Positions 1 to 11,000 of a stretch of 64,000 nucleotides of DNA are shown one piece after another. Below the pieces are notes generated by a model. It had not been told where the DNA came from, did no database searches, and was given only the letters and a program-made list of their open reading frames with translations. Within the stretch, counting starts at the first letter, position 1. The number at the start of each line of letters is the position of its first letter. Both the position numbers and the translations under genes were made by a program. This stretch comes from Cyanidioschyzon merolae (lineage: Eukaryota), in the NCBI GenBank assembly GCA_000091205.1, contig AP006493.2; one strand, given 5' to 3'.

Positions 1-2299
1 CCCCAGGTTAGATCTTGCATATCCACCCCGATTGGTGAGTAGGGGCAGGAGAGCTCGCGCTTCAGATCATCAGCAACGCTGCGACAGAGGGCATCACGTG
101 CCTGACACCGTTCCCATGCATCTGCTGGCGGCTGATCAACGAATCTCGAATGATTCTGGAACATCGGCTCACAGGTACCTCCCTGTGAACGCTTCGCCTC
201 ATCAACCAACACCGATTCAGGGATTTGTGTAGCCCGAGCGGATGACGCGGATCCCAAGCAAGGCTCCTCTCGTGAGGGATGCTGTCCACTGGACTCGGTG
301 TCTGGCGAGCTGGCGGATGCGTCGGCGCGCGGCGACTCGGTTTGTTCAGGTGCGGTTGCGTCCACAACGCTCAAGCGCGGTTCTGTCGTTATCTGGTCAC
401 GAATTGGAGATGCTTCGGCTGGCACTTTCGATGCACCCGCTTCGTCCAAAGGTGCTGGCTGGTCTACGTGAACAACCGTACCGTCCGGCACATCTTCCAC
501 CAGTTCTGACCCGAGCACAGCGAGATGTTTCGTCACAGTGTCGACATCCCCTTGGACGGCAACGTTCGCTGCATGCTCGCTCTCTAAAACGACTGGCACC
601 TTGGGGTCGGTGGCGGCGTCTCCCGAGTGAGCGTCCGAGCGCGCGCTCGTTCCCGGCGTGACGACGTTGAGCCAACGCTTACGATCGCTGGGCAGGTGCA
701 CACCCGACTCTTTCGGGATCTCCCTGGTACCCAGGAGCGAGCCCAGTGCCCAGCCTTCTGCGTTGAGCTGCCGGTGAACTCGCGCAACGTCACTCTGACA
801 GGCTGACTTGTCGAACGGAGACGCCCATCTAGGCAGTGCCTCTGTACGTATTCGGCTGCTGGGCAGCGGTCGGGGCCCTACACTGTCAAACGGAGGACGC
901 GTCTCAGTGTCTGCTACCATACCTGCCTAGGCAGCTGACTAGATAGACAAGGTGCTACGTCGCGCGCAGAGAACCCCCGGATGCCGATGCTGCGTTCCCG
1001 TCTCGCTAGCCTCGATGCGTGACGTGGCAGCGGACAGCACCCTGGACAAAAGTTGCACGCACGACGCATCGGCGATGCGATCTGGGTGTGTGCGCAGTGC
1101 CTGCGCCTCGGCGGGTGCATGCCCTGCGCGCGTCGCTGCGGCAGCGGGAATTCGCCTGTGAACGGAACGCAGGTAGCGTGCCCAGGAACGGGTGTTTACG
1201 GAACGCTGCTTTTGGCGCTGTGCTGAATGATGTGCTATCGGGGGTCCAGCCTAAAACGGAAGATTTCCAAATGGATGTGCGTTCTTCATTCAGCGTCTCC
1301 ATCGAGTCAGGAGAGGTGGATGCTCATGGAGCCATTCCCAGGGGCCCATCGGGCGGGATAAAAATCTCATGGAGCGAGTGCAGCATCCATCTAGAGCAGG
1401 TGCGTGATCTAGAGAGGGCATGTACAACCGGGCGGGGATTTCAGCGACTGATGCATCAGGAGCCGCGTGTTCGGCTACGCTTCGTAACCTAAGCTTCTAG
1501 AAACACAAAGTTAAGCGATCAAGGCAAGGGCTATTCTGCCACGGTGAGGCGTCTGCGCTGCATGCCACCCCAAGTCAGATCCGTCATATCGACTCCAGTA
1601 GGCGCGTAAGGTGCACGCAGCTCCGACGTGCACGCATCGTCATAGCTGCCGTCTACTTTCACGATAAGGACATGTTTCGTCTCATGACCAGCTCGGTTGA
1701 TGGTACCGAAGTTGGACTGAATGGGAAGCTCGCGCGAGGCCTTACGAGACGGTATCAACGAGGGCCTTGCAGTCTGCTGCGTCACTTCTGCTGAGGGCGT
1801 CGAAGCTCGTACTGTTTGGACTCGAGCGCTTCCAGGCCTTGCGGGCGTATTGCGAAGGCGATTCGACGGAAAAGGCTTCGGGGGTGAGCACACCCCCAGG
1901 TCCACATAATCGTTACCTGAAGAGACCATCCCGGGAGCGAGGCAGCGAGTCGTGGTCGAAATCCTCAAGCGCAGAAGCTATCGAACGAACGATATGGGCG
2001 ACGGCTTCTGGCCTCACAAACGCAGACTCGGTTTCAGAAGACGACGGAACCCGTTCTGTTCAAGGATACGGAGCCAGCGCCACGAACGAGCGACAGCACC
2101 ACAACAAAAAGTCCAGTTCGAACTGCTGAGCTGCGTTTGCGAGCTCGAGACACCGTCCCTCGCTAAGCGCGATTCGAATTCGTCGACGATGCTCAAGACG
2201 TCGCTGCAGCGACGCACGAGCACGATCCCCGGCGGACAGCACGAGAGAACGTGTCTATCTAGGAACAATCTGGACTAGAACGCTACGGGCAATCGACAC

Positions 2300-2490
2300 C
2301 GGGGCCGCCGTCCGTCCATTCCTCGATCACAAGGAATTTACTGAACTATAAGGGAATTTTCTTTGAGAGAGGTCCGGCCCGATGTAGAACGCGCCAGGCA
2401 ATCGTCACGCCGAGCAGCCTTCCGTCCCTTGCTTTGCAAGAAGGAATTTACTAAACATTAAGGGAATACCTTTAGTGAGTTTCTCCCGCG
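2300..2490. repeat. Two diverged tandem copies (~112 bp period) of an element with core 'AAGGAATTTACT-AAC-ATAAGGGAAT', 330-500 bp upstream of the PDI-like gene start
   Basis: Direct reading: copy 1 at ~2306-2376 and copy 2 at ~2416-2488 share the same ordered blocks (CCGTCC..., AAGGAATTTACT, TAAGGGAAT). Confidence 0.6.
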
Positions 2491-2819
2491 ATCGGTGTGA
2501 AGTGGCGCCCCAAAAGCGCATCAACGCCACTTCGCCAGCCGTTTCATCGCCAGCGCGTGACAAATCAAAATAAACGCGCGCATCCAAACATGGCATCCCG
2601 CCGTCTCAGGGCGCGCTGACTTCAAGTTTATGTTGTTTGCGTTGTGCGTCCTACTCGGTGCGCGACCGTAGTACTGGCAACAGAACACAAGCAAAACTCT
2701 CCGTAACATCCAAGTACCAGCGTCTATTGACCTTATTCTCTGTATCAGTGCTTCTATAGGATAGGTCTGGTAAGTCGTTTGTGCAACGTTCTGTTTTCTA
2801 GAACAGATCAGAGAAGAAA

Positions 2820-5654
2820 ATGTCACGCGGGGGACACTGGCGCCAGCCAGCTATCGGTTTGTGTCTATGGCTGGTGATCGGCGTTGTGCTCAGCGGTCAG
2901 ACGACAAGAGCACTGTTTCTACCGGATCTGTCTCCGACCGGCTTTCGCAACTACATCGAGAATCGCGGCAACGACACGATTGCCGCTGTCAAAGTTTATG
3001 CGCCCTGGTGCCACCACTGCCAGGATATGGAAGACGATTGGAATATCCTCGGTAATATCTTCGCAGACTTGTCGAACGTGGTCATCGCCAGCATCAACGG
3101 CGACAAGCATGTGAAACTTCGCGAGTCTCTGGGTGTGACAGGCTATCCCACGATATTCCTCTATGACAAGGGAGCGGAGAAGCCACGTGACTGGAAGTAC
3201 GCTCGCAACTGGGGTCTCCTGGCCATGGAGATGAAGCGAATGGCACAGGAGGCCGGCGGCAGCACCGCCAGCGAAGTCGAATCCGTCGCTATACCGCAGT
3301 CGCCCACGTTGCTCACGGAGTATCGAGCGCGCTATGCCCGAGTGACGAAACAGTCGCCGATCATCAAGCTGGATGAGAAGTCGCTGACGGCAGTGGCATT
3401 CGATCGCAGTCGCGACGTTGTGCTGGCGGTTACGAAACAAGGCGCTCCCCAGATGTCCTCGTTCATGAAAGCGTTTGCGGAAGCGGGGACGTCTTTTGTG
3501 GTAGCTGGTCATTCGCCGAACGAAATCGTGTTTGCCGAAGTCGATGCCGCGACCTACAATCAAATCCAGGAAAAGGAGAAATTGCCTCCTTTGAAATCAG
3601 CACCTGCTGTGCTGTTCCTGCCACAGGGTCCCGACAAGAGAACCAAGATCGACACACTCGTGAGCGACGCTGGAGCAGCCTCGAAGATGACCGCTGCTGC
3701 GCTCATCGATCTCGTTAACGCGAAGGCCGGTACAGAGATCACAGTCGGGGGCGCACTGCACCCGCAAGCTGGCCGCATTCCGCAGCTAGACAGCATCATA
3801 GCAGCGTGCTTCAACGACGCTGCGTTTCGAGCAAAGTACCCCAGTTATGATGAGGCGCGCCGCGCAAACTTCAGTGGCGTAAGTGACCTCATCAAACAGA
3901 CCGACCAAAAGTTGGAGGATAAGGTTTACGAACTCTCTGGAGATGGAACGCTTTCAGCGGTGCAAGGAAACTTTTATCTGAAGACGTTCGAAAAGTTTGT
4001 GGATCCAACATCGGAAGGCCTCAAAGAGATCGTTCAAATGATCGGCAGATACGAACACACACTGGAAGAGGCGCCCCTGAAAAAGTCCATGCAGGCATCG
4101 CATTTGCGCGAGTTCGCTCGAATGCGGAACCTGATGCGCATTTTCGAAGAACACTCCGAGGAGCTGCGCCAAGAAGTCGAAAAGCTCACTCGTCGAGTGA
4201 AGTCGCTAGTAGCAGACTCAGTGACGATCGACATTCTCGATGACAAGTTCCGCGGCGATGACGAGACTCGCGAGCGCTTCGCCGAGCGAGTTCGCACGCT
4301 CAGCGAGGCCCGCGCCGAGGCACTCGCGGCGGCCTCGCGTGGACAGCCGTACAGAGCTCGCGAGGCGGTCGTCGCTCAGGCAGTTGCAGGCATTCGCGAC
4401 AAGCACGTCTGGGTCGTTCCAAAAGGCAGCATCATTCCGAACGAGGTGGTCTTCAAAGTTGCTGAGCAAAAGCTCCCCGACCTCGTCGTTGTGCTGGGCC
4501 CGGCCGCACAAGAGCAGGCCCCCCAAAAGCCCGCATTTTATTCGAAACATGATAAGATGTCGTCAGGGCCGAACGCTGCACCCGCAGAGCCGCTCGAGTA
4601 CACCGAGAATGCAACCGACCTCGCAACAGTCACCCGTTACCTTGAGCGAGCGATGCTGCCGCCGCCACCGAGCAGCGTTGTTGAGCTCACCGACAAGACT
4701 TTTGCAAAAGTCGCTCTCGATAAGGGCAAGACTGTGATGGTGGCGTTTGTGGCCAGCTGGTGTGGCCACTGCAAGCGTCTCAAGCCCGAGTACGAAAAAG
4801 CGGCTGCGATTATTGGGCGCAGGGGTCTGGATCCCGACCGAGTCGTCATGGCAATGATCGATGCGGACAAGTACGACCGCATTCGCGACGAATACGCCAT
4901 CCAGGGTTTCCCGACGATCAAGCTCTTCCACGCCAGCGACAATCTGGTGGAAGACTACCAGGGAGGTCGCTCCGCAGCCGAACTGCTCTCCTATCTTGAA
5001 TCCAAGGCCCAAGAAGACGCAAGCGGCAAGCGTCTACAGACTGTTGACGACGAGTCGAAAGGCGGACGCAAATTCGTCCAGGAGCTGACACCCGAAACCC
5101 TGGACGCTCTGCTGGAGCAACCCGACAAAGCGGTGCTGCTCATGCTGTACGCTCCATGGTGTGGCGCCTGTCAGCGCCTCAAGGCCTCCTACGAGAAACT
5201 CGCGGAATACTTTGCTTCGCGTCGCGAGGATGTGGTGATCGCCCGTCTCGATGCCGACAAGCATGCGTCGGAGGTCGAGCAACGCATCAAGATCGAACAC
5301 TACCCGACGTTCCGCTTCTGGCGCAAGGGCGGTCCAGAGAAACGGGCTATGGATGAATCACTCGATGAGCTGCGTTACGACGTGGACCTGGTCGCGCTAC
5401 GCCACTTTGTAGAGGAACACGCTGGTACACCCAAACCGGTACCGCTGGGGAGACGTATTTTCAGGCGGCTGCTCACCAGCGCCAGCGACCTGCTCGGGTA
5501 CCTGTCGCACCGGATGCCGTTCCAGGTGACGACGCCCTGGTACCTCGCGATGCTATCGCTATCAACCGTGTTCTTGGTGTACGGTCTGATTCGCGTGCTT
5601 CCGACTCGTGCTCGCAAACGAGCGTTGCACACATCAACGAAGAAGACCGAGTAA
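2820..5654 (+). CDS. Multi-thioredoxin-domain protein (PDI family), ER membrane-anchored. N-terminal signal peptide, Trx-like domains with CHHC, CGHC and CGAC motifs, long helical/coiled-coil insert, C-terminal TM helix and KKXX-like tail (…TKKTE)
   Basis: Motifs WCHHCQ (res ~63), WCGHCK (~656) and WCGACQ (~782), each in a thioredoxin-like context (YAPWC / FVASWC / LYAPWC, then ...YPT/FPT...). Hydrophobic N-terminus, hydrophobic stretch near the C-terminus, and a terminal dilysine. Confidence 0.8.
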   Translation: MSRGGHWRQPAIGLCLWLVIGVVLSGQTTRALFLPDLSPTGFRNYIENRGNDTIAAVKVYAPWCHHCQDMEDDWNILGNIFADLSNVVIASINGDKHVKLRESLGVTGYPTIFLYDKGAEKPRDWKYARNWGLLAMEMKRMAQEAGGSTASEVESVAIPQSPTLLTEYRARYARVTKQSPIIKLDEKSLTAVAFDRSRDVVLAVTKQGAPQMSSFMKAFAEAGTSFVVAGHSPNEIVFAEVDAATYNQIQEKEKLPPLKSAPAVLFLPQGPDKRTKIDTLVSDAGAASKMTAAALIDLVNAKAGTEITVGGALHPQAGRIPQLDSIIAACFNDAAFRAKYPSYDEARRANFSGVSDLIKQTDQKLEDKVYELSGDGTLSAVQGNFYLKTFEKFVDPTSEGLKEIVQMIGRYEHTLEEAPLKKSMQASHLREFARMRNLMRIFEEHSEELRQEVEKLTRRVKSLVADSVTIDILDDKFRGDDETRERFAERVRTLSEARAEALAAASRGQPYRAREAVVAQAVAGIRDKHVWVVPKGSIIPNEVVFKVAEQKLPDLVVVLGPAAQEQAPQKPAFYSKHDKMSSGPNAAPAEPLEYTENATDLATVTRYLERAMLPPPPSSVVELTDKTFAKVALDKGKTVMVAFVASWCGHCKRLKPEYEKAAAIIGRRGLDPDRVVMAMIDADKYDRIRDEYAIQGFPTIKLFHASDNLVEDYQGGRSAAELLSYLESKAQEDASGKRLQTVDDESKGGRKFVQELTPETLDALLEQPDKAVLLMLYAPWCGACQRLKASYEKLAEYFASRREDVVIARLDADKHASEVEQRIKIEHYPTFRFWRKGGPEKRAMDESLDELRYDVDLVALRHFVEEHAGTPKPVPLGRRIFRRLLTSASDLLGYLSHRMPFQVTTPWYLAMLSLSTVFLVYGLIRVLPTRARKRALHTSTKKTE

Positions 5655-6117
5655 GCACATTCGAAGCGTAACGTCAGGTTGTAGCGATCGAGGAAGCAAG
5701 TGCCCAGGCGTTCCTGAGCTGTCCTCGCAGCACCGTTTGTCGACTGGTACGCACCGCGTCCAGTTCAGGTGTCTGCTGCCGTGGCGAACAGAGTTGCGCT
5801 GCTTGTTGCGGTGGCAGCGGCAGGCGCTTGTCAGCATCTGGATTGTCCTCGACTCGGAGTCATCGAGCGTTTATAAAGGATCCTGAACCGAGACTGCACA
5901 TTTTCGAACACGACCTAGGCGGCAGCTTGCACTGCACAACACATACTCCGATACACATTCATTCGTTCATGTATTCATTCGTGGGGTGCGTTTTGCGTGA
6001 TTCACGGCATTCGTAGACGATCCGTATCAACCTGTCGTGGAGAGGTTTCCAATCAAGTCACGCCACGCATCAGACCGCTGAAGGGCGACTGGCCTGGACG
6101 ACACTGCGCGTTCTTTT

Positions 6118-7341
6118 CTAGACCAGCACTTGAACACCGCGATACCGAAAATGGGGTTTGGGCGGAAACGTACACCCCGGCTGGCGGATGACAACGTTTG
6201 CCGCATAGTTGCCTGCTGCAACGCACTCCACAATCGGTCGACCGAGTGCCATCATGGCCAGGAAGCCACCCACAAACGCATCACCCGCCCCATTGGTATC
6301 GACAACGTCGTTGTCGGGGCAGGGAATCACGCCGTATTCGCTGGTGCTCCATAGCCGTTCACCATCACCAATGACAAGGACAATGGGATCGGCACCGCAG
6401 GTAAAAACGACGGTGCGAGGTCGACTCGTCCGTTTTGGAGTTTTCGTCGCCAGTGCAGTGGCAACCTCAAACAGTTGCGCTCGAGTCAGGGCCTCGCAGG
6501 CAGCATCGTCGATGAGACCCATGCGTTTCGCGAGCGCACACGCCTCGGTTTCGTTCCCAAAATACACATCGACAAACGGTTGCACTGCACAAAAGTGATT
6601 CCAGTACTCTGGCACCTGTAGTAGAAACGGTGCCGATAGGTTCATGCAGAACGTTTTGTCGGCGTTTTGAGCAACGTGTTCACCGATGGCTAGCGCAGAC
6701 TCCACCGAAACCGTGAGAAAGAATCCCGCGATATAGAATAGCTTTGCTGCTTCCACGAGCTGCCATTGGTCCGGGTGCCGCAGGTGCTCTATTTTGTAGG
6801 TGTTGGCTGCGCCAAGATCAGCGACCAATGATCGACACTGACCGTTACTGGTGACCAGCACTGCACACGTGCCGGTGGGCTCGTGCTCGTCCACCCGGTA
6901 CTGCACGTGCACGCCGTCTCGACGAGCGGCTTGTCGCATCCGTTCCGCAAAATCGTCGTTGCCCACCGCGCCGAAGTAGGCCGTGCTTCCAGGCCGCTGG
7001 AGCATCCACTGCGCAACCCGAATGGCGTTCTGGGTTGCACCACCTGCGACATAGTCGGCTGCATAGGCGTCTCGTAGTTCGCGAACGAGCGGCCGGTGTC
7101 GTTGTTCAGCCAGGATCGCGTTATTCGGCTCCAGTCCGTACTTGGTGAGCAGGGTGTCAGGAACCGAAGCGGAAACGTCAAGAAGGGGATTCCCCATCCC
7201 GAGAATGCGCACGGTGTCACGAATGCCCATTAGAGAAGCGAGTCGACGTCGGACGAGTTGCCAAGGTCGAATAAACGCCGCAGCGCTGTAGTCGAGGCCG
7301 CCGCAGCCGCCAAACCACCGCCACATGGCAAGCGCAAGCAT
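6118..7341 (-). CDS. ADK: Adenosine kinase (PfkB family). Probable true start is the internal Met at ~7233 (MGIRDTVRILGMGNPLLD...)
   Basis: GMGNPLLD N-terminal motif, AGGATQNAIRVAQWM, YFGAVGNDDF, PTGTCAVLV, YIAGFFLTVS, DTNGAGDAFVGGFL and RQPGCTFP. Colinear with adenosine kinases. Confidence 0.9.
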   Translation of the reverse strand: MLALAMWRWFGGCGGLDYSAAAFIRPWQLVRRRLASLMGIRDTVRILGMGNPLLDVSASVPDTLLTKYGLEPNNAILAEQRHRPLVRELRDAYAADYVAGGATQNAIRVAQWMLQRPGSTAYFGAVGNDDFAERMRQAARRDGVHVQYRVDEHEPTGTCAVLVTSNGQCRSLVADLGAANTYKIEHLRHPDQWQLVEAAKLFYIAGFFLTVSVESALAIGEHVAQNADKTFCMNLSAPFLLQVPEYWNHFCAVQPFVDVYFGNETEACALAKRMGLIDDAACEALTRAQLFEVATALATKTPKRTSRPRTVVFTCGADPIVLVIGDGERLWSTSEYGVIPCPDNDVVDTNGAGDAFVGGFLAMMALGRPIVECVAAGNYAANVVIRQPGCTFPPKPHFRYRGVQVLV

Positions 7342-8045
7342 CTTCGTGTCAACGCAGATTCACTTCATGAATGCATCGATTCCTCCTTGTCGCAAAGCGA
7401 CAGCTTGCCCAGCACGAACCATGCATCGATTGATCAATGCATAATAGATGAAGCAGTGTCCAGCGCATCACCCAGGCTCGTGTCCATTCCCTAGATAGCG
7501 CTGCGATCGACGACAACAACCGCTCTAGACCGTCATGATGATCTAGAGGGAGCAAGCGCGCTCGTAGCTGCTCGTAACGACGGCATCACAAAGCTGTGTG
7601 CATTCGTGGGCGATTTGGCAGCGAGCGTTCGCAACTTGTTGATCTGCAACTGACGTGCGCTTGACGCTTATCATGGACCAGTGCGCGACCACCAGTGATA
7701 TCTTTATTGTGGGTATTGCGGAGCGAGCAGCTCCCGCTCGTTGTCTCGGACGCACGCGTTCCGTGATGCGCTCCTCATCGCCCTGTCCGCTGTTCGCACA
7801 GGCGCTACTTGTTCGCCTGGCGTCGACGCGGCGAACATGCAGGCGCAGACGTGCCATGTACGGCACCGTTCGCACCGCGCACATCCCATATGTCACGCGC
7901 AATGCGACCAGTGCCCAGCGATAAACGCCATGAGAGGGTCGTATTCGCGCGCACCTTGACACATCGTCGAGGTGCGCGCGAATACGTTTCGGTACTTTCA
8001 CTGAGGATAGCGCCCGACGACGACAAGCACTGACGATCAAGCCAA

Positions 8046-11000
8046 CTACCCAGTCCCGGGAGGCAACGACTCGCCCGACAGACGCTCGATCTGGTGCTGC
8101 ATATACGAGAGCCGACGGAGCCAGGGCTCCTCCTCAGAGCCGATCGCAAGACCTGCTGCTGAAGCCAGCGGTATCGTGGACCCATGCGCAGGTGCCGATG
8201 ATACGGAGCTCGTCGCCATGCTGCTGCGATAACCTGCGATAGCGCGGCATCCACAGAGCGTATCCGCATGAATAGCGGCAAGTCGCAGCAGGAACGCAGC
8301 TGCTCCCGTTCCGCACACCATGCACGGTCCGGGTACGCGCCACGGACCGCTGCGAGGCATACCGCTCCGGTGCCAGTGCGCTTCGGCAAGGAAGAGTGAC
8401 GATTCGGTACCATCGGCGGCTTCGTTGGTGTTTCCGTCCCTAGTGGAAAGCGGGGCGATCGTAAAGTGCACCGAATTGAATGCACCAGGCAAGACATCGG
8501 GCGTCGCAGCGATCCGAGCCTCGGTTCGTCGCGCACACCAAAAGATCTTGACGTGATCGTTCCCGACGTGGCGCTTCTTCCGAATCAGGCTTTTGCGCTC
8601 CGAGGAGGATCCTCTGGTCGCTGCCGCGAAGCGAACAGCAGGATTTGTTGGTGTCCCAGCTGGCTCCGGAACTGAGTTGCCAGGATCCGTGGCGAGTCGA
8701 GCTCCTTCCGTTCCGAGCTCAGCGGGCATCAGGGTAGTGGTGTGGAAGATAAGCTGTGTAGCGGCGTCGCGATAGTAGAGTGCAAAGGCACCGTCCGCTT
8801 GGCGCTCGCTGTAATCGAGCCCGCCGGTGTAGCCAAACATCCAGTGGTCCGTGAGTCTCAGGAAAACGCCAAGATTCGTACAGAAATCGTCGTACTGCGA
8901 ATCGCCGGCGACGTTTGCAAGAATCTCGGACTCTGTCTGCTGACCTGTGCCCACGTACATCAGACCTATACGATGAATATCCTCTGGTGGCATGCGATCG
9001 AGCACCTGCCAGACCTGTCGATCGAGTACAAGGCGTCGCCACGCTTCCAGTGGCTGCCTGTGCATGAACTGGGCGAGGACGCCCCGCAGATGTGCATCGA
9101 GTTTTTTCTCAACGGCGGAGTCGACAAGCTCCGGACCATTGGGGCTTTTCTCAGTCGGTATAGCGTTGTCAACAACAGCAACACCACCGCCACCAACAAC
9201 AACAGATGATGATAATGATGATGATGATGATGGAGCCGGCTGTTCCGCTGCGAACGGTAATCGAACGGACGACCGATCCGTCGACGCCGCTGCCGTGCCC
9301 TCCACCTGGACCCTTCGAGGCGCTTCTGCAAAAGTTGCGGCCCGGGCACTCGAGGACTCGGTCGCGTATCGTCGCTCGGGATACCAAGTCCAGGGCGGTT
9401 CGTGCAGCCTCAATTGCATTCGGCTGGATCCGGTCACTCTTCGTATCGCCAGGGTCAATTCGTATCCGTTGCGATAGGCGTTGATCACGACGGGAAGTGC
9501 GTCGGTGCCCGCCAGCGCCCAGCTGGCTACCAAAGGAGCCTGTTGTAGCGCCTTGTCCAGAAGCGTACTCGGTCCGCGGTCAACGAGACGAACGCCGCCG
9601 AAGCAGTATGTGAATTCAGCGGCAACTGCGGCGAACAGGGTGCAACCATGTTTTCGGCAGCGCTCTTCCAGGGCCTCCAGATACGGCCGCAATACGGTGA
9701 CATCGTGAACCAGCGAAGCCCAGTTGCACCATGCGCTCATCGCGAGGCGCCGTAGCTGGGCGCCCTGGCTCTGAGCGACTGCTGGTGACGCACCTTGGAG
9801 ACTAGCGCCAGTGGGTGCAAACAAAGGCACCAACGTAATCACGATGCTGAAGGCGATATGCGCATAGGTTGCGTTCCGTCGCGTCGCCAGACCCGCAACG
9901 ACACCGCCGTCCACACCGATGGAGGCCGTCTCGAACGCCGCCAGCAGGCCGACATCCGCCGGGCCGGAGCCCGACTCGGGGTCAGCGCCAGCGCTCTGAA
10001 CGCCATCGGCGTAACGCACGCGAGGAGACAGCGCAGCCTGCATCGCCACATCACTGCAAACAAACGAGCCCGTCTCTGGTGCAGTCGCCTGAGCGCTCGG
10101 AACCAACTCCCGAAAACATAGCGCCACGCCATGAAGGCTCTCCAGGATCGCTGCCGCCTCATTCACGCAGTCCGCCAGGTGACGAGCATGCTCTACGCAT
10201 GTGCGTGGCCGCTCGCCCGACACGGCGACCAGACGCCCCGCAAAGACCTGCAGCGCGACCAAATACGCCGCAGTGATCGACTGTAAAGCCACCGTCGGCT
10301 CGCGGTCTTTGGCCATGCACCAGCCCTGTACCAGAAGACGCAGTGTGAAATCCAGCATGGGGGGATACAGAGGCAGACGCTCGGCTTCCGCCACAAGCCA
10401 ATACAACTCTGCGATCACCATATCCAGAAGGTGCTCTATGTGCTGCGCCCACGACATTGGTGCGCTGCGGGCCAGCTCTCGTAACGTTATCGCAGCCAAT
10501 ACCTCGAGCGCAAGATGGCGCGCCGCCAAGCTCAGATAGCTACCAGATTTGTCGGTGGCGAGCTTCCGCGAGCGCTCGAGCCACTGACCCAGCAGGTCGT
10601 AGGTCTGCAGCGCCGGCACCAGCGCAATCGGCCCGAAACCCGGGTCCGTGACCAAATGCACAAGACAAGCCATAATGCTCTCCAGTTCGGGGGGTTGGAA
10701 AGCTTCTGTAGTACCGTCGACTGCCGGCGGTGCTGCCGTTGCATACGCTGCGTCGTCCATGGTAGAATGCAGAAGCCTCCCGAGCAGGTGATGGTACCAG
10801 GCTGCGACAGGAACGAGTACACCAGCTCCGAACACGTCCGTATGCGCAGGAATCGTAGGCTTCACCGAGGGTTGATCAGCGGGAGCGGATGATTCGCCTG
10901 TTGCCGGTGCTGGTGCATCGCTTCCGTCTGCGTGGCGCTCCAGCGCCTCGCCCGTTCGCGCTGATACCGACGCGCCCCGCGTGCGCTCGGTGCGACACCA

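Noticed and set aside
1531-1968. 145-aa ORF on the minus strand near the window start
   Set aside because: The C-terminal half looks faintly protein-like but I cannot match it to any family. It may be a terminal exon of an unrecognised gene. Left unannotated.
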